A stretch of DNA of 64,000 nucleotides from Tubulanus polymorphus (Eukaryota > Animalia > Nemertea): NCBI RefSeq assembly GCF_964204645.1, contig NC_134033.1, forward strand, positions 2,748,131 through 2,812,130, given 5' to 3'. The notes under the pieces are model-generated. The model ran no database searches. It had not been told where the DNA came from and was given only the letters and a program-made list of their open reading frames with translations. The first letter of the stretch is position 1, and the number at the start of each line of letters is the position of its first letter. A program made the position numbers and the translations under genes. Positions 59,501-64,000 of the stretch are shown piece after piece.

Positions 59501-62500
59501 GGACTGACGGTAAACCATTGAGCTACACAGAGTGGTATAAACCTGTTATTAATGAAACGATACCAGAAGTTATTCGAGGATTGATATCTCCGCTAAGAAA
59601 ACAACCGATAAATGACGTCAATATGCCGTGTACGGCGATGATACTGAATAATCCACGAGGATCGGCGAACTGGATTCGATTCCCGTGTCAAATCGAGGAG
59701 ACGCACACGACATTCATTTGTGAATCTGAGAGAATCGACATAAAAAACAAACACAATTCAACGATAAACGTCGAAAACAATTCAAAAAATACAGACTTGA
59801 ATAAAACAATAGATCAAATGATTCCCGATGTACCTTTAACTAATTCAACCTGTCCAAGAGGTTGGGTAACTATTTACGGACAATGTTATCAAACACAAAC
59901 CGACTGGAAAAACAATCGAGGTTTAAATATTCGTAGTGCTAGAGAAATGTGTCACAGCATCCGCGCCGAAATAGTAAGAATCACCTCAAATACAGAAAGC
60001 GACTTGAAAAATTTGATCAACGAATTTCAATATAGACATCAGTATGGCGCTATACTGACGATGGACCGCGACGGATATAAAGTTATCAAACCAATGGTGA
60101 CCAGAAATGAAATTACTTATATTCAATCAGTTAAATGGTTATTGAAACCTTTCGATGATACGAAAGATAAAGTAAATTCCGTGTTATGTACCTATAATGT
60201 AACTAGTGAAGAGTTAGCTTCTGTAAGCGGTTGTAAATCGTGGCAGTTTGAATGTAACGATCAAAGATGTATCAGCGACCATCGCGTATGTGATACCAGA
60301 CACGACTGTCAACACGGTGAAGATGAACTCGATTGTACGGATATCAATTTACACAGTCAGTTCCGCTGTAACGATGGACAGGTTATATCGATTAGCGGTT
60401 TCTGTGACTTTATGAGAGATTGCGTCGATGGCTCGGATGAGAACTCGTGCTATCATCCACCGTGTTTATCTACGCAATATCGCTGTTCCAATCACCAATG
60501 CATCGATAGTTATAAACGATGTGACGGACTTGCCAACTGTAAAGACGGTTCCGATGAGATCGGATGCACTGGCGAACTTTGTCAGGGGTTCTCGTGCGCG
60601 GACGGTGAATGTATTAGTTCTCAGTTGTATCGGGATGGTGTCGTGGATTGTAGCGGAAGTCTCGAAGAAGACGAATTGGTCACTAATATGACAGTGAATC
60701 CCGAGGTTTACTGTAATAATGAAAATAACTGCACGACTCGTTTCACAGATCTGTGTAAGGAATCGGGTGAACAAAGATGTTCGTTCAATTCTCCTCGCTG
60801 TTATTCCCGACACGAAAGGTGTATTTTAGAAAGGATGCCGATTGGTTTCCCGGTATGTAGAAATCTTGAACATATACTCGCGTGTAATGACTTCGAATGC
60901 GCGGCTGGTACTGTAAAATGTCCGGCATCTTACTGTATACCGATCAGACACGTTTGTGACGGTCGATCCGATTGTCCTAATTCAGAAGATGAACGAAACT
61001 GCGAGACTTGGTCGTGTCCGGGAATGTTTAAATGTGGCCAGGAAAATCGATGTATTCCGCAATCTGAAGTTTGCGACGGCGTCGTAAATTGTAAACATAA
61101 CTCGGATGACGAGACATACTGTAAGGTCAGGTGTCCTGAACGTTGTAATTGCCGGGGTCATTTCATCGATTGTGAAAATGCTCTTTTATCAGATATTACT
61201 GGTCGTTTTATAGAATCAACTCGGGTTTTGATTTTGTCGAATAACCGAGTCGTATTTAACGAATCGACGTTCAACTCTTTCATTTATCTTCGTTTTCTCG
61301 ATATTTCGGACAATAATTTGTCTTACATCGTTCCAAACGCGTTTTCTAATCTAAACAATCTATACACATTAGACCTAACTCACAACCGATTAACATCATT
61401 ATCTGCTAATACATTCGCAGGTTTGATCGGTTTAAAACAACTATTTCTTATCGGAAATCCGCTGCAACATTTAGAAGACGGTAGTTTCCGAGGTATGACG
61501 TCACTTACTGTTCTCGATCTTCACGGACTTTCTATATCGGTTCTCGGTGAAAATGTGTTTAAAGGTTTATCCGCATTACAGTCGTTAAATATCAGCAGTA
61601 ACAAAATACATTATATTTCTAGCTATGCTTTTTCTGGATTGGTTCGACTTGAAATTTTAGACCTTGTCAACAATTATGAAGTAATATCCGTACAAAGAAA
61701 CGTTCTTGGCGATCTTACATCATTGAAATACCTCGCTTCGGATGCTTACAAATTTTGCTGCATGGCGCCGAATGTTGACAGATGTCTTCCCGAAGCTGAT
61801 CAATTTTCGACCTGCTCCGACCTGATGGGTAACGCTGTACTGAGAGCTATCATCTGGATGATCGCATCTTTCAGTTTTCTCGCTAACAGTATCGTTATCT
61901 TATTTCGCGTTCAAGCTTTGCGGATGGAATCATCCGGGACACGTAACACATCTTCAGATATCCTCATCATAAATATTGCCGGTTGTGATTTTCTGATGTC
62001 GGTCTATTTGTTTTTGATCGCAGGAGCTGACCACGTGTTCAAAGGCGTTTATTATCTGAATTCTGAAACCTGGACGGATAGCTCATTATGTCGTCTCGCC
62101 AGGGTTATTGTCGCCGTTTCCTGCGAAGGTTCCTTGACTTTTCTCTTAATTCTAACGCGTCAGAGATATTCAAATATCGTCAACCCGTTTTCTAGAAGTC
62201 CGATTATAACTCCGAAATACGTTATCGGTTTTTGCTGCATTTGTTGGCTCGTTATAAGTACAGTTTCTATTCTACCGCTGTCATCGTCGTCTTACTTCGG
62301 AGACAATTTTTACGGTACAACCGGAGTTTGTTTGCCTATGAATTTACTGACGATCGACGTCAATGGCTGGCACTATTCATTCGCTATTTTTGCCTTGTTT
62401 AATGCGGCCATATTGGCTACGATAATGACGACGTACGCCCAGATGTATAGACTCGTATCTGGAAGTAGGTCGGGCTCGGGTAGAGCCGATCCTACCGAAC

Positions 62501-62751
62501 TGGTTTTAGCGCGAAGGAGTTTAGTAATCAATCTTTGTAATCTATTTTGCTGGCTACCGATAATAATCGTTCAGTTTTGCGCCGTATTTTCGGTCGAGAT
62601 ACCGAACCAGGTGGCCGCTTGGCTGGCCGTTCTATTTTTACCGATCAACTCGTCTCTGAATCCGCTTCTTTATACAATACTAAATATCGATATAAAATCT
62701 ATTCGTGAACGCAATAAACGACGACTAGGATTGACGACATCCAGTAAATAA
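56512..62751 (+). CDS. Intact giant GRL101-like leucine-rich-repeat GPCR (copy B), ~1948 aa: signal peptide, CUB and CUB-like domains, C-type lectin x2, LDLa x~7, LRRNT/LRR, hinge, 7TM
   Basis: Exons 56512-57732, 58045-59400 and 59482-62751, both introns phase 0. CUB GYIVSPNYP..CRW; CTLD LNWENAEIYC..HLLSINSEQE..IGL..WTDGKPLSYTEW; LDLa C..CD...DC.DGSDE; LRR LDLTHNRL..F.GL; hinge YKFCC..DQFSTCSDLM; TM7 LPINSSLNPLLY. An alternative ATG lies at 56503. Confidence 0.93.
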
Positions 62752-64000
62752 ACTATAGTTTGACACGAGTCCCCGTATAATGTTTGCCTATCTATAAATC
62801 GGGGTTGAAACTCGAAATCCTAAAACTTGGTTGAGTTCGTTTGGAGTCACGTGACCGCATTAGATGAACGAATACTATGAGATAAGTTAACAGCAGGGCA
62901 TAATTACCCCGATTATCATAAATACCGTAAATTTTGGTTATTGTTATATCTAACTCACAACATTCTCGAATAGGTAGTAATTTTACCGGAGTCGTGTTTT
63001 CCGAATTACTAACTCGTAAAAAACCTTCAAAATTATTTCTAACTGTGAAGGATTAAGCTTACACTTAATATCTAATACTTCAACATCTATATCCCCAAGA
63101 TTCTTGCGTAAATATAAGCGGGTTTGATTGGAGCGAGAGGGAATCATCCGTTTGAAACTAGAATTTAGGGTTTCATGCATATAAAATTCCCCTAATTCGA
63201 AGGCGTTTATTTTACTAAATAGTAATCTACGATTCAACCCTCAAAAATCTATGAAGTATTGTCATTAAGTTCCGAAAGAAGAAGAATTGAGTTTAACGAT
63301 GATTTAAGTCACTCGATGAAAATGATTAAGAATTCATGTCTCTCGCGAGGACGCTGTTAGTTAGATTTATCAATATAACGGTTTCTACCACGAGAGACGA
63401 AGCACCTCCCTTCAGAAATATAACATCATAATGCATAAACACAGTTGATTGGGGAATATTGAAATATGTTCTTTTTCACGGACCGAATATACACCAGTGT
63501 TGAAATAATACAATATTTTAAAGTTCTTTAATATATCTGAATTAAAACTATTATCAACCGATGATAATTTCGTACCAGAAGAACAAATTATATCAGATAC
63601 TTAAAAGTTGAATCTACCGCTGGCGCCAACTTATTGTCAATAATAATTATTTAGACACACAAACATTTCCCCAACTATCGGTGACCGAACATATCAGATC
63701 ATCATTTTTGCCATCATACGTGTAGGCGTTCCAAAACAGAGGGAGACAAACAGGAAAAAAATGAATTTGTTTTATTATAAGAGTATTCAACACAAAAAAA
63801 AATAACGACCGCAAAAAATGAAAATAATTGGAAATCGTGATTAAGTTGATTCAAATAATTGGAAAAATGAAAAAAGAACTAGCTTTCGCATCCCATGAGA
63901 TTGAAAATTAAGATGAACATAACTTCTATAAGTTAGTGGATTGAAACCAGGACAGGAATAACAGAATTTTTTATTGTTGAAAAATTGTACCAAAAAGAGG

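Overview
Eukaryotic (invertebrate animal, probably lophotrochozoan; inference from gene content) genomic DNA with GT-AG introns and dense MITE, satellite and SINE content. Hand-assembled genes in order: (1) the last 11 coding exons of UGGT (UDP-glucose:glycoprotein glucosyltransferase, +, ending in HTEL); (2) a convergent inverted pair of intronless FMRFamide-receptor-like class A GPCRs with a Penelope-like retroelement remnant between them; (3) mitochondrial EF-Ts (TSFM, -) with an intronless CDS; (4) a 10-exon, 622-aa secreted protein made of two bacterial-type expansin (EXLX1/YoaJ-like) modules joined by a (TTEPPTPEPH)n linker, in which module 1 has Asn where module 2 has the conserved Asp; (5) a 30-42 kb repeat nest containing a higher-order satellite, a long inverted repeat, a spliced-looking non-coding exon-repeat family and tRNA-derived elements; (6) the last two exons of RCC1L (-); (7) a cluster of giant GRL101-like CUB/C-type-lectin/LDLa/LRR GPCRs: one frameshifted copy that could encode a soluble ectodomain, one 7TM fragment and one intact ~1950-aa copy, with hypervariable ectodomain patches. 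The best novelty candidates are the animal tandem expansin and the diversifying GRL101-like receptor/decoy cluster. All exon coordinates were read by eye and no database searches were run.
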